Shown: in pieces, positions 25,550 to 34,265 of the stretch
Layout: each line of letters begins with the position of its first letter
How positions within the stretch are numbered: the stretch's first letter is position 1
Source: Coriobacteriia bacterium
GTDB lineage: Bacteria > Actinomycetota > Coriobacteriia > Anaerosomatales > SLCP01
Assembly (NCBI GenBank): GCA_019429145.1
Contig: JAHYJI010000004.1
Location: 1 to 60,680, forward strand
Direction: 5' to 3'
DNA: 60,680 nt
Notes under the pieces: generated by a model
Told to the model about the DNA's origin: nothing
Databases searched by the model: none
The model's input: the letters and a program-made list of their open reading frames with translations, nothing else
Made by a program: the position numbers and the translations under genes

Positions 25550-28066
25550 TTACCCTTCCGGTTCTCCGCATCGCTCGATCTCGCAGGCGAGCAGGTCCAG
25601 GACGCGATCGAAGTCAGGGCCGGCCGCAGGACAGGGTACCGTCTCGCGCTCGACCACAGTCTGACAATGCCTCGCGCACGTGCTACGCCGCTCGCAGGTT
25701 ATGCGCGAACCAGCCTGTACGTGCATACCGCCGGCACGCAGCAGCCTGCCTGTCTCCTCCGCCGAACAGGGCTTCGAGAAGAGGAATCCTTGTACTTCGT
25801 CACAGCCCGAACGCTCGAGATACTCCAGGTGACACGTGGATTCTACTCCCTCGGCCACGGTTCGCAGTTTCAGCTTCGATGCCAGCACGAGGATCGTGTC
25901 GATGATCGGATGCGATCCGTTCTCCACGCACAGATCCGTGATGAACGACCGGTCGATCTTCAGGGTACTGATGGGCAAGCCCTGGAGACGTTCAAGCGAT
26001 GAATGCCCTGTCCCGAAGTCGTCCAGGGCGAGGCTGACCCCCATGGTACGGAGGCGCTCGAACACCGGCGTCACTACGTCGAGGGAGCGCATCACGGCCG
26101 TCTCCGTGATCTCCAACTCCAGGTCCCGCGGCTGCAATCCCGTGTGTACGAGCACCTCCGAGACATCGTGCACCAGGTCGCCGTCGATCAGTTGCGCGGC
26201 TGAGACGTTGACCGACACGCGGGGAACCGGCACGCCTGCGGCCCTCCACCGGGCGAGCGTCGAGCAGGCTTCGAACAGGATCCACCGTCCTATCGGCACG
26301 ATCAGGCTGCTCTCCTCGGCGATGGTCATGAAGTGCTCAGGGGACATGAATCCGCGTGTGGGATGACGCCATCGCACGAGCGCCTCGACTCCCGTGACCT
26401 CCAGTGTCCCGGTCACTGCCATTGGCTGGTAGTACACTTCGAGCTCGCCACGCTCGACCGCGTCCGCGAGCTCATTCCTCATGCGAAAACGCTCTGAGAT
26501 TGCCATATCCATGCTGGGATCGTAGATGGCGAACCGGTTCCCACCGGCCTTTTTCGCCACGTACATAGCCCGGTCTGCCCGCTTCAACGATTCGCTCGGC
26601 GACATGCCGGGTTCGCAGTAGTAGATCCCGATGCTTGCTGATGGTCTGACCAGGAGCCCCGTGATATCGAGCGTCTCCGCGGCGAACGCGAGAAGCCGGT
26701 GTGCGATGTCCTCAGCATGTTCGGTGGCGGCAAGGTCCGGAATGATGAGCACGAACTCGTCGCCGCCCACCCGACCGAGCGTGTCACCGTTGCGAGTCAC
26801 CCAGCTCAGGCGGTCGGCCATGATCTTGATCAGTTGGTCGCCACCGTCGTGGCCGACGGTGTCGTTGACGGCCTTGAGGTTGTCGACGTCGATGTAGATG
26901 ACGGCCACGCCCTCACTCGAACCCTCCCCGAGCTCGGCGAGGGCGAGCTTGAGCCGCTGGCTCACGAGGCGACGGTTCGGCAGTCCGGTGAGTGGATCAT
27001 CGAATGCCATCTGTGACATCAGTTCCTCGGCCTGCTGCCGTGCCGAGACGTCACGCGAGACGTTCATGATCGCGGGGCCGCCCTCGAACTCCACGAGCTG
27101 GCTGCGTGTCTCTACGGGCAGGAGCCGACCGTCCTTTCGAAGGTTCATCACTTCGTACAGAGTGGTCCCCGACTCCACGGCCAGGCGCTGGTTCTCCATT
27201 GCGTGCTCGACGGACTCCTCCGCAATCCACGAGAACGGCTGAAGCTCGAGGAACTCCTCACGCGTGTACCCGCGCATCGCATGGGCCGCGTGGTTGAGGT
27301 AGAGGATCTCGCCGTCGAGGCGCGTGACGATCACAGAGTCGTGGACCGAATCGAGCAGATAGGACTCGCAGCGCAGCGTGTCCTCAACGCGACGCTGCTC
27401 GGTCACGTCCTCGCCGTACGAGATCACCTGGGTGACGTCCCCAGCCTCGTTCAGAACCGCCGAGCGCGTCCACCGGATGATCCTGCGGCCCACAGGTACC
27501 TCGACCGGATACTCGACGCACGAGCCGAGCTGTCCGCCGCTGTCGCAGAAGCTCTCGAACTCCTTCTTGGCCTGGCTATCCGCGACATCGACGCCCCAGA
27601 TCGTGAACGCGTTCCTGCCGACGACCTCGTCCTCACGCCGTCCGAGAAGGTCGAGACCGAAGCGATTCATGTGGCGGACCGTGCCGTCGGTATCCAGGGT
27701 GGCAACCACCGCTCCTGCCCCGTCGGCGTACGCACTGCGGACCGCTTCCATGCCGGTGAGCAACTCGCCGGTCGTCACCGCATCCTGGATCTCGGCCCGA
27801 AACGCAAGTGCGCCCCATGCGAGGCCGACGGCCTGAACTGCCCCCAACAGGGCCGCGGCTTCCGACGAAAGGGCGACGACACCCATTCCGCCGCCGAGAG
27901 TGACCACGACGCCGGCGATGCACGCCACGCTGAATGCGGCTGCGGCAAGCCGCCACCGGACCGCGACGCCGGGCTTTGCCAGTGCGAACGTGACAGCCAG
28001 GAAGGCGATGGCGTAGACGCCCAACGTTGTCCAGTGGATCACCGAGTACTCTGCCAAGGTCTGCAC
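25550..28066 (-). CDS. Membrane-anchored PAS-PAS-GGDEF-EAL c-di-GMP cyclase/phosphodiesterase
   Basis: N-terminal membrane helices, two PAS/PAC domains, RxxD I-site (RNGD) plus GGDEF, EALVRW, DDFGTG, AEGVE, QGFLFSKP; SD AAGGA before GTG 28066. Confidence 0.93.
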   Translation of the reverse strand: MQTLAEYSVIHWTTLGVYAIAFLAVTFALAKPGVAVRWRLAAAAFSVACIAGVVVTLGGGMGVVALSSEAAALLGAVQAVGLAWGALAFRAEIQDAVTTGELLTGMEAVRSAYADGAGAVVATLDTDGTVRHMNRFGLDLLGRREDEVVGRNAFTIWGVDVADSQAKKEFESFCDSGGQLGSCVEYPVEVPVGRRIIRWTRSAVLNEAGDVTQVISYGEDVTEQRRVEDTLRCESYLLDSVHDSVIVTRLDGEILYLNHAAHAMRGYTREEFLELQPFSWIAEESVEHAMENQRLAVESGTTLYEVMNLRKDGRLLPVETRSQLVEFEGGPAIMNVSRDVSARQQAEELMSQMAFDDPLTGLPNRRLVSQRLKLALAELGEGSSEGVAVIYIDVDNLKAVNDTVGHDGGDQLIKIMADRLSWVTRNGDTLGRVGGDEFVLIIPDLAATEHAEDIAHRLLAFAAETLDITGLLVRPSASIGIYYCEPGMSPSESLKRADRAMYVAKKAGGNRFAIYDPSMDMAISERFRMRNELADAVERGELEVYYQPMAVTGTLEVTGVEALVRWRHPTRGFMSPEHFMTIAEESSLIVPIGRWILFEACSTLARWRAAGVPVPRVSVNVSAAQLIDGDLVHDVSEVLVHTGLQPRDLELEITETAVMRSLDVVTPVFERLRTMGVSLALDDFGTGHSSLERLQGLPISTLKIDRSFITDLCVENGSHPIIDTILVLASKLKLRTVAEGVESTCHLEYLERSGCDEVQGFLFSKPCSAEETGRLLRAGGMHVQAGSRITCERRSTCARHCQTVVERETVPCPAAGPDFDRVLDLLACEIERCGEPEG

Positions 28067-28158
28067 ATCCCGTTCCTTGAAGGCGGGCCAGGCACCACGG
28101 AGGCGCCACTCTGAATATCGACCTTGTGCCTGAGGCACTTGAGAGCGGGCGAACGTGA

Positions 28159-28187
28159 GCCGGGCGGGCCACTGCGGCCCGCCCGGC
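28159..28187 (-). terminator. GC-rich hairpin after the nucleotidase gene
   Basis: GCCGGGCGGGCC-ACTGC-GGCCCGCCCGGC, perfect 12-bp stem 23 nt past the stop; no U-tract. Confidence 0.55.
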
Positions 28188-28210
28188 GGCTTGTCTGACG
28201 TGGCTCTGCC

Positions 28211-29983
28211 CTAGTTCAGGCGTGTGATGCGACCCTCTCCCCCGTCGGGGTAGTCGACAGCCGTGATCTGTCCGCCCAACCCGTCTACGAGGTAGTTCTC
28301 GAGACCTTGCTGATAGGTGACTCCGATCGTTGTGAAGGGCGCATCCATGTAGGGATACTGGTCACCTCCACGCGCCAGGAAGTCGATCGTTGCGATGGTG
28401 AGGGGGTCTCCGGCAACGACCGCGCCCCCGGCCACCAGAATCGTCCCGTCGTCGAGCATCGCCTCTCTAACGCGCGAACCTGCCGGCTGCGCCGCGTCCC
28501 ACACAAAGGAGAAGCCGGCGACCTGTGCGAAGCGACCGTCGCCGAACTCCACACGGGATACGGCGTTCTCGAGGATCAGTTTGAACTGGTCTCTCGGGAT
28601 CCCGGAAACCACAGAGACGAAGTTGGAGAACGGGGCGATGGCAAAGGTGTCGAGCTCCGTGACCGGCCCGGCCGGGATCACGTTTGCGTTGCGGATACCG
28701 CCTCCGTTCTGGAGTGCGACATCCGGCGCCGGAACACCGAACATGGGTGCAAGCTGAGTCGCCTGCCACAGCATCGAATCTGCCATCAGGTTGCCGAGGT
28801 TGGTCTCGACCGTGCGAACGTCCGTCCGCAGCCCGTTGAGCGGAACCTCGCTGACAGCCAGCACGTTGTCCGCAAGCGCCGCTAGCGCCGCAACGACCGG
28901 GTCGACAACCAATGCCTGGACCATCGGATCAGGCTTCACGGCATCCGGATTGTCCCCCCCGGCGACCCTGACCGGACCGCTGTTGTGGCCCGTTGCCACG
29001 ACGTTCCCGTGCCTGTCGAACCCGACGACCAGCCTGCCGACGTACGCATAGCTGCCGGCCGTCGTGACAACTGGTACCGCTCGACCATCACTGTCGGTAG
29101 CGACCATCGGATACGGGCCGTACACGACACTCTCGTGGCCGGGTATCAGCAGATCACCGGGGTTCGCCAACACCTCGTCGCCACCGCCCGCCACTACCAC
29201 GTCGACGCCCTCGAGGTAGCTTACGAGCTCGATGTCCTCTTCTATGGTCTGCAGATGGCTGATAAGAACGATCTTGTTCACTCCTTGCCTCTCGAGCTTC
29301 GCGACCTCCGCCTGCACGACCGCGGCCACATCATCGATGATCCCGACGTTGCGAGGACTCGAGATGTATCGAAGCATCGGCGTCGTCGCCCCGATGAGAC
29401 CTATGAGCTCCCCGCGTTCCTTCACGACCGTGCTCTTCGCGATCCGCCCCATCAGCATGAGCTCCAGCAAGCGAGCCTCATCGTCGAAGATGAGGTTCGC
29501 GCTCAGGTACGTTGGTGAGGTGCGCTCGTACCCGGAGATGAAGTCTGCAAGCACGTCGGGTCCGAAGTCGAAGTCGTGATTACCGATCGCAACCGCATCG
29601 TATCCGATGAAATCCATCGCGAACGTGTCGTAGAACGGTACCCCCTTGTCGAGACTGGCGTTGAACTCCGGCCCGGGAAGGAAGTTGTCCCCGGACGAGA
29701 CTGTGATAACGCCGCGCTTTCCCTTTCGCTGATCCGGCGGCCGGGGTCCGGTGATCGCCTCGGCCCTCAGTGAGTCCACAACCGTCTTGAAGCGTGCAGC
29801 ACCGCCGAAGTCCTCCAGTCCGGCGCCCAGATCGATCAGGTCTGACTCTCCGTCGTTGTTGTGCAGTACCGTCAACCAGAACGTGACCTGCGGCTCTCGC
29901 ACGGCGCTTGCCGGACCGGCGATCATCAGTGACGAGATCACCAGCACCGTGACGAGCATCGTCAACACAACTCGTCGTTTCAC
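28211..29983 (-). CDS. Secreted 5'-nucleotidase / metallophosphatase (UshA fold)
   Basis: Signal peptide; LHNNDGES, GDNF, GNHDFD, SH motifs; 5'-nucleotidase C-terminal domain (NGGGIR, APFSN, FAQVAG). Confidence 0.88.
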   Translation of the reverse strand: MKRRVVLTMLVTVLVISSLMIAGPASAVREPQVTFWLTVLHNNDGESDLIDLGAGLEDFGGAARFKTVVDSLRAEAITGPRPPDQRKGKRGVITVSSGDNFLPGPEFNASLDKGVPFYDTFAMDFIGYDAVAIGNHDFDFGPDVLADFISGYERTSPTYLSANLIFDDEARLLELMLMGRIAKSTVVKERGELIGLIGATTPMLRYISSPRNVGIIDDVAAVVQAEVAKLERQGVNKIVLISHLQTIEEDIELVSYLEGVDVVVAGGGDEVLANPGDLLIPGHESVVYGPYPMVATDSDGRAVPVVTTAGSYAYVGRLVVGFDRHGNVVATGHNSGPVRVAGGDNPDAVKPDPMVQALVVDPVVAALAALADNVLAVSEVPLNGLRTDVRTVETNLGNLMADSMLWQATQLAPMFGVPAPDVALQNGGGIRNANVIPAGPVTELDTFAIAPFSNFVSVVSGIPRDQFKLILENAVSRVEFGDGRFAQVAGFSFVWDAAQPAGSRVREAMLDDGTILVAGGAVVAGDPLTIATIDFLARGGDQYPYMDAPFTTIGVTYQQGLENYLVDGLGGQITAVDYPDGGEGRITRLN

Positions 29984-30164
29984 GGGGACTCCTCTCACCC
30001 ACGGCTCCCATGCGAGACTCCCCCGCCTCGCATACCCCTGGAGCAGACCGCCATGCGGTCCACTCCTGTGTGTACCCAGGGGTGAGCGTAACCGTAACGA
30101 GTGACGGCACGCGGGGGCGTACCCACGTGTGAGCGCGTGCGTCCCGGTCGCGAAGACGGCGCAC

Positions 30165-30197
30165 GAAGAAGGGACCTCAGCGTGTCGCTGGGGTCCC
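30165..30197 (-). terminator. Terminator downstream of tRNA-Val
   Basis: 12-bp hairpin 30171-30197 (one mismatch on the minus strand) followed by TTCTTC. Confidence 0.6.
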
Positions 30198-30206
30198 TCT
30201 CGTTGG

Positions 30207-30281
30207 TGGTGGGCGATACTGGATTTGAACCAGTGACTTCCACCGTGTGAAGGTGGCACTCTCCCACTGAGTTAATCGCCC
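30207..30281 (-). tRNA. tRNA-Val(CAC)
   Basis: Acceptor stem GGGCGAT/ATCGCCC, anticodon stem CCACC/GGTGG with loop TTCACAC, GGTTCAAATCC T-arm, encoded CCA. Confidence 0.96.
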
Positions 30282-30312
30282 GGATGTGGGTGCCGCCGGA
30301 GCAGCGAGAGAT

Positions 30313-30321
30313 ATTCTAGCA
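30313..30321 (-). promoter_or_regulatory. Extended -10 promoter for tRNA-Val
   Basis: TGC-TAGAAT about 32 nt upstream of the tRNA. Confidence 0.55.
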
Positions 30322-30360
30322 CCTATTCCGGCGAGGTGTACCCCCTCGATAGCGACCCGT

Positions 30361-31323
30361 CTATCGGGAGTGCCATCGCCATGCGTCGGCAACGATTCCC
30401 CGCAGATCCGTGTGCTTCGGTGTCCATCCCAGCTCTCGTCTTGCCTTACCGGAACTGGCGACCAGAACAGCGGGGTCCCCGGCCCTGCGCGGTCCGCGAA
30501 CGACGTCCACGCCGGTGCCAGCGACCTCGGCGCAGACCCCGATCACCTCGAGGTTCGAGAAGCCACGCTCGTTACCCAGGTTGTATACGCCCCCCTCCCC
30601 GCCCCGCCCCATCTCTTCGAGGGAGAGCAGGTGCGCTTCGGCAAGATCGCAGACGTGGATGTAGTCCCGAACGCACGTCCCATCGGGAGTCGGATAGTCG
30701 TCGCCGAAGACCTCGAATCGCGTCGTGCCTGCCGCGAACGAAGTGAGGAGCCTCGGGATGATGTGCGTCTCGGGGTCGTGCGCCTCACCGAGCGACCCGT
30801 CCGGAAGCGCGCCGGCAACGTTGAAGTAGCGCAGCCGAATCGAACGCAGGTCGTGGGCGGCCCTGTACCAGTCGAGCAAACGCTCGAACATCAGCTTCGT
30901 CGCCCCGTAGACGTTGACCGGGTGTGTGGGCGCGTCCTCGGAAATGGGGACGCTCGATGGTTCACCGTAGACCGCGGCGGTCGAGGAGAAGACGATCGCA
31001 CGGACTCCGTGATCCACCATGGCGTCAAGCATGCGCGCAGGCTGGGCGACGTTCGCATCGAAGTAGCGCCCCGGCTCCGACTGCGACTCGGCCACCTCGA
31101 TCAGGCCTGCAAGGTGCATGACGGCATCGCAACCGGGAAGAACCCGCGCCATCACCGACGGGTCGCCGATCTCGCCCTCCACGAATGTCGCCCTCCGATC
31201 GACAGCATCGCGGTGGCCCCGGATCAGAGAGTCCACGACGACCACATCATGGCCTGCCTCCAGCAAGCGATGCGTCGTGATCGACCCGATATACCCGGCC
31301 CCTCCGGTGACGAGGATTCGCAT
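30361..31323 (-). CDS. galE: UDP-glucose 4-epimerase
   Basis: VTGGAGYIGS, FSSTAAVYG, YGATK, LRYFNVAGA, DGTCVRDYIHV. Confidence 0.95.
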   Translation of the reverse strand: MRILVTGGAGYIGSITTHRLLEAGHDVVVVDSLIRGHRDAVDRRATFVEGEIGDPSVMARVLPGCDAVMHLAGLIEVAESQSEPGRYFDANVAQPARMLDAMVDHGVRAIVFSSTAAVYGEPSSVPISEDAPTHPVNVYGATKLMFERLLDWYRAAHDLRSIRLRYFNVAGALPDGSLGEAHDPETHIIPRLLTSFAAGTTRFEVFGDDYPTPDGTCVRDYIHVCDLAEAHLLSLEEMGRGGEGGVYNLGNERGFSNLEVIGVCAEVAGTGVDVVRGPRRAGDPAVLVASSGKARRELGWTPKHTDLRGIVADAWRWHSR

Positions 31324-31382
31324 GTTCTTCCTTTCAGGTCGCCGCGATACGGACACGCCACCGCAGACGCCTCGAGCAGACA

Positions 31383-32477
31383 TCATCGTTCAGCGTTGAG
31401 AAACGCAATGATCCCGCTCGCCATACCCTCGGCAAGCTTGTCCTGGTAGTGAGGGCTGGAGAGCAGCCTGTCCTCGACGGGATTGGTCATGAATCCGCAC
31501 TCGAGCAACACAGTGGGAACCCGGGACCAGTTGAAGCCCGAAAGATCAGTGCGAGGCACCGTGCCCAGGGACTCTGCGCCGGTCGCGGCGATGACGGATT
31601 CCTGCACGAGACCAGCGGCTCGCCGGCTCGGCGCGACGATCGGCTTCGTCCAGCGATTCTCACCGGGATACAGGGTGGCGATCCCGGCCCGCCCGCTGTC
31701 GACGTTCCCGTCGGCGTGGACACGAACGAAGAGGTCAGCACCAACGTCGTTGGCAACTGCGGCGCGCTCGGAGTTCGACACGTTGACGTCGTTGGTGGTA
31801 CGGGTCATCAGCACGGTCACGCCAGCCGCCTCGAGCCGAGTCTTCAGGTTCGTCGAGATCTGCAGCACGACCTCGTACTCGGGAACGCGGGTGACCGCAC
31901 CGCTAGTGCCACCGGTGACCCGCGGCTTGCTCTCGTCCGCACCCGGACCCACCGGCTCGGGTGTGGAGTCCCCGCGAGACTGATGCCCGGGATCGATGAC
32001 CACCACAGCACCTGCTGCTATGCCCGGTGCGCTGGCATCCGGAGATGCGGCAATCCGGAGTCGAACCGCCGTCCCGGCGGGCATCACGGTGCCGGCGGGG
32101 GGATCCTGGTCCAGTACGGTGCGCGCATCGCCCACCGCGTCCGCGGCGACCGAAACGTCCTCCTCGGTCTCGACCGCGATACCGGCTGTGGACAGAAGCA
32201 CGTGCGCCTCCGCGAGTGTCTTCCCGACGACTTCGGGCACCTCGATGGAGCTCGCAGTCTCCGTCTCGTCGACAGCCGAGGCTGCTGGAGCCGGTTGAGC
32301 AGCGGTGGCCTCGGCATGGAGAGGCTCGGGGCCGTTGTCTCCCTCGTCCGGGCCGAAGAAGTCCGTCATCAACAGTACGGCCAGGACGAGGACAGCCAGC
32401 GCGACGGCAGCGAGAACCGAGGCGCGCGCCCGCGCCGTGTTGTGACGCCCTGTGCGTGCCCTGCGTGAACGTCTCAT
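31383..32477 (-). CDS. Membrane-anchored PASTA-domain N-acetylmuramoyl-L-alanine amidase (Amidase_3)
   Basis: Membrane anchor; PASTA (VPEVVGKT...QDPPAG); IDPGH, E, VHAD and LECGFMTN zinc motifs. Confidence 0.88.
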   Translation of the reverse strand: MRRSRRARTGRHNTARARASVLAAVALAVLVLAVLLMTDFFGPDEGDNGPEPLHAEATAAQPAPAASAVDETETASSIEVPEVVGKTLAEAHVLLSTAGIAVETEEDVSVAADAVGDARTVLDQDPPAGTVMPAGTAVRLRIAASPDASAPGIAAGAVVVIDPGHQSRGDSTPEPVGPGADESKPRVTGGTSGAVTRVPEYEVVLQISTNLKTRLEAAGVTVLMTRTTNDVNVSNSERAAVANDVGADLFVRVHADGNVDSGRAGIATLYPGENRWTKPIVAPSRRAAGLVQESVIAATGAESLGTVPRTDLSGFNWSRVPTVLLECGFMTNPVEDRLLSSPHYQDKLAEGMASGIIAFLNAER

Positions 32478-32484
32478 AGGCTTG

Positions 32485-32559
32485 TGGTGGGCCCGGCAGG
32501 ATTCGAACCTGCAACCAAGGGATTATGAGTCCCCTGCTCCACCATTGAGCTACGGGCCC
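32485..32559 (-). tRNA. tRNA-Ile2(CAT), lysidine type; elongator Met not fully excluded
   Basis: Acceptor stem GGGCCCG/CGGGCCC, loop CTCATAA, GGTTCGAATCC, encoded CCA. Confidence 0.88.
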
Positions 32560-32598
32560 CTATGTGTGGCGAGTGCATCGGAAGACTATAGCGTATTG

Positions 32599-32627
32599 TT
32601 GCGCGGTGCTCACCTCATGTGTATCAT
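32599..32627 (+). promoter_or_regulatory. Promoter for tRNA-Asn
   Basis: TTGCGC-N17-TATCAT. Confidence 0.65.
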
Positions 32628-32665
32628 CTCCGAGGGTGTCGCCTCGAGCGCGGGGCGACCTTCGT

Positions 32666-32740
32666 TCCTCGGTAGCTCAATGGTAGAGCATCCGGCTGTT
32701 AACCGGAGGGTTGTAGGTTCGAGTCCTACCCGAGGAGCCA
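32666..32740 (+). tRNA. tRNA-Asn(GTT)
   Basis: Acceptor stem TCCTCGG/CCGAGGA, loop CTGTTAA, GGTTCGAGTCC, encoded CCA. Confidence 0.97.
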
Positions 32741-32750
32741 GTACATGAAT

Positions 32751-32774
32751 CAGGCCGCCCACCCGGGCGGCCTG
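32751..32774. terminator. Terminator between convergent tRNA-Asn and rpoD
   Basis: CAGGCCGCCC-ACCC-GGGCGGCCTG, 10-bp stem followed by TGTGTTTCT. Confidence 0.7.
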
Positions 32775-32840
32775 TGTGTTTCTCGGAGCGGTTTGAGAAG
32801 TACGCTGCACGCCTCATCGGCGCCACCGCACGGCACGCTT

Positions 32841-34265
32841 CTACTCCAGATAGTCCTTGAGCTTGCTGCTGCGCGAGGGATGGCGCAGCTTGCACAGCGT
32901 CTTGCTCTCGATCTGCCTGATGCGCTCCCGCGTCACGCCAAACTCCCGTCCGACCTCTTCGAGCGTTCGCGGGTGGCCGTCCGTGAGCCCGAACCTGAGT
33001 TCGATGACCTTGCGCTCTCGCTCGGACAGCCCGTCGAGCACCTTGGAGAGCTGCTCCTGTAGCATCGAGAAGCTCGCGGCCTCGGGCGGGACGACCGCTG
33101 CGCCGTCCTCTATGAAGTCGCCGAGCTGGCTGTCCTCCTCTTCGCCGATGGGCGTCTCGAGGCTGACCGGCTCCTGGCTGATCTTGAGGATCTCGCGAAC
33201 GCGGTCGGCAGTCATCTCCATCTTCTCACCGATCTCCTCCGGAGTGGGCTCGCGCCCGAGCTCCTGCAGGAGGCTGCGCTGCACGCGGATAAGCTTGTTG
33301 ATGGTCTCGACCATGTGCACCGGGATACGGATCGTGCGTGCCTGGTCGGCGATGGCACGGGTGATGGCCTGGCGGATCCACCAGGTCGCGTAGGTGGAGA
33401 ACTTGAAGCCCTTGGTGTAGTCGAACTTCTCGACCGCACGGATCAAACCGAGGTTGCCCTCCTGGATCAGGTCGAGGAAGAGCATCCCGCGACCGACGTA
33501 GCGTTTCGCGATGGAGACCACGAGCCGCAGGTTGGCCTCGACGAGCTGCTGCTTGGCCTCGATGCCCACCGCTTCGATGCGCGAGAGGCGGCGACGCTCG
33601 GCACGGTCAAGTGTCACGCCCGCGTCCTCGGCCTCCTCGAGCTTCGCCGTGGCCTCCAGGCCGGCCTCGATCTTCATCGCCAGGTCGATCTCCTGAGCGG
33701 CGGTGAGCAGCGGGACCTTGCCGATCTCCTTGAGGTACATCCGGACCGGGTCGCCGGTGAGCGGCGCCAGCGCCGAGTTGTCGGTCCTGCGCTTCTTCTT
33801 CTTGGCCGTCGCCTTGGGTGGCTTGGGAAGCGGTATCTCGATGTGCTCCTTGTCCTCGCCGGGCACATCATCACCGTCGTCGCTCGCGTCGTCGTCGGCG
33901 GCGACAGCACTCGCCGTGACGGGTGCATCCGCCGGCTCATCGAGAACCGCGATACCCTCCTCGCGGAAGTGAGAGTAGATCGTCTCGTACTGCTCCTCGC
34001 TCAGTTCGATGTCGCTCAGCGCGCCCTGTATCTCCTCTTCCGTGAGGTTTCCCTTGGACGTACCCATCTTCGCGAGCGTCTTGACCTCGGCGAGTTCGAG
34101 TTCGGGCAGCTTCTTGGTGTCCTTGGCTTTCGGGGCACGCCTCTTCGGCGGCGTCTTCGCAGCCGGCGCCTGCGCGGTTTCAACCTCGGCCGCGGGCGTG
34201 GCCTTGGGACTCGTTGGCTTCTTGGGGGCGTTGTTCTCAGGCTTCTCTACCACTACTGATCCCAC
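32841..34265 (-). CDS. rpoD: Primary sigma factor SigA/RpoD
   Basis: [65 protein letters not shown]. Confidence 0.98.
   Translation of the reverse strand: MGSVVVEKPENNAPKKPTSPKATPAAEVETAQAPAAKTPPKRRAPKAKDTKKLPELELAEVKTLAKMGTSKGNLTEEEIQGALSDIELSEEQYETIYSHFREEGIAVLDEPADAPVTASAVAADDDASDDGDDVPGEDKEHIEIPLPKPPKATAKKKKRRTDNSALAPLTGDPVRMYLKEIGKVPLLTAAQEIDLAMKIEAGLEATAKLEEAEDAGVTLDRAERRRLSRIEAVGIEAKQQLVEANLRLVVSIAKRYVGRGMLFLDLIQEGNLGLIRAVEKFDYTKGFKFSTYATWWIRQAITRAIADQARTIRIPVHMVETINKLIRVQRSLLQELGREPTPEEIGEKMEMTADRVREILKISQEPVSLETPIGEEEDSQLGDFIEDGAAVVPPEAASFSMLQEQLSKVLDGLSERERKVIELRFGLTDGHPRTLEEVGREFGVTRERIRQIESKTLCKLRHPSRSSKLKDYLE

Noticed and set aside
30086-30106. PhoP-box-like GT(T/C)AC repeats upstream of the nucleotidase
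   Set aside because: The repeat spacing is 6-7 nt, not the 11-nt period expected, so it is too weak to call.
22833-30207. Genomic island integrated at the tRNA-Val 3' end
   Set aside because: No integrase or transposase and no direct repeat of the tRNA end. The TCGCCCACCA match at 24458 is inverted and lies inside the LysE coding sequence.
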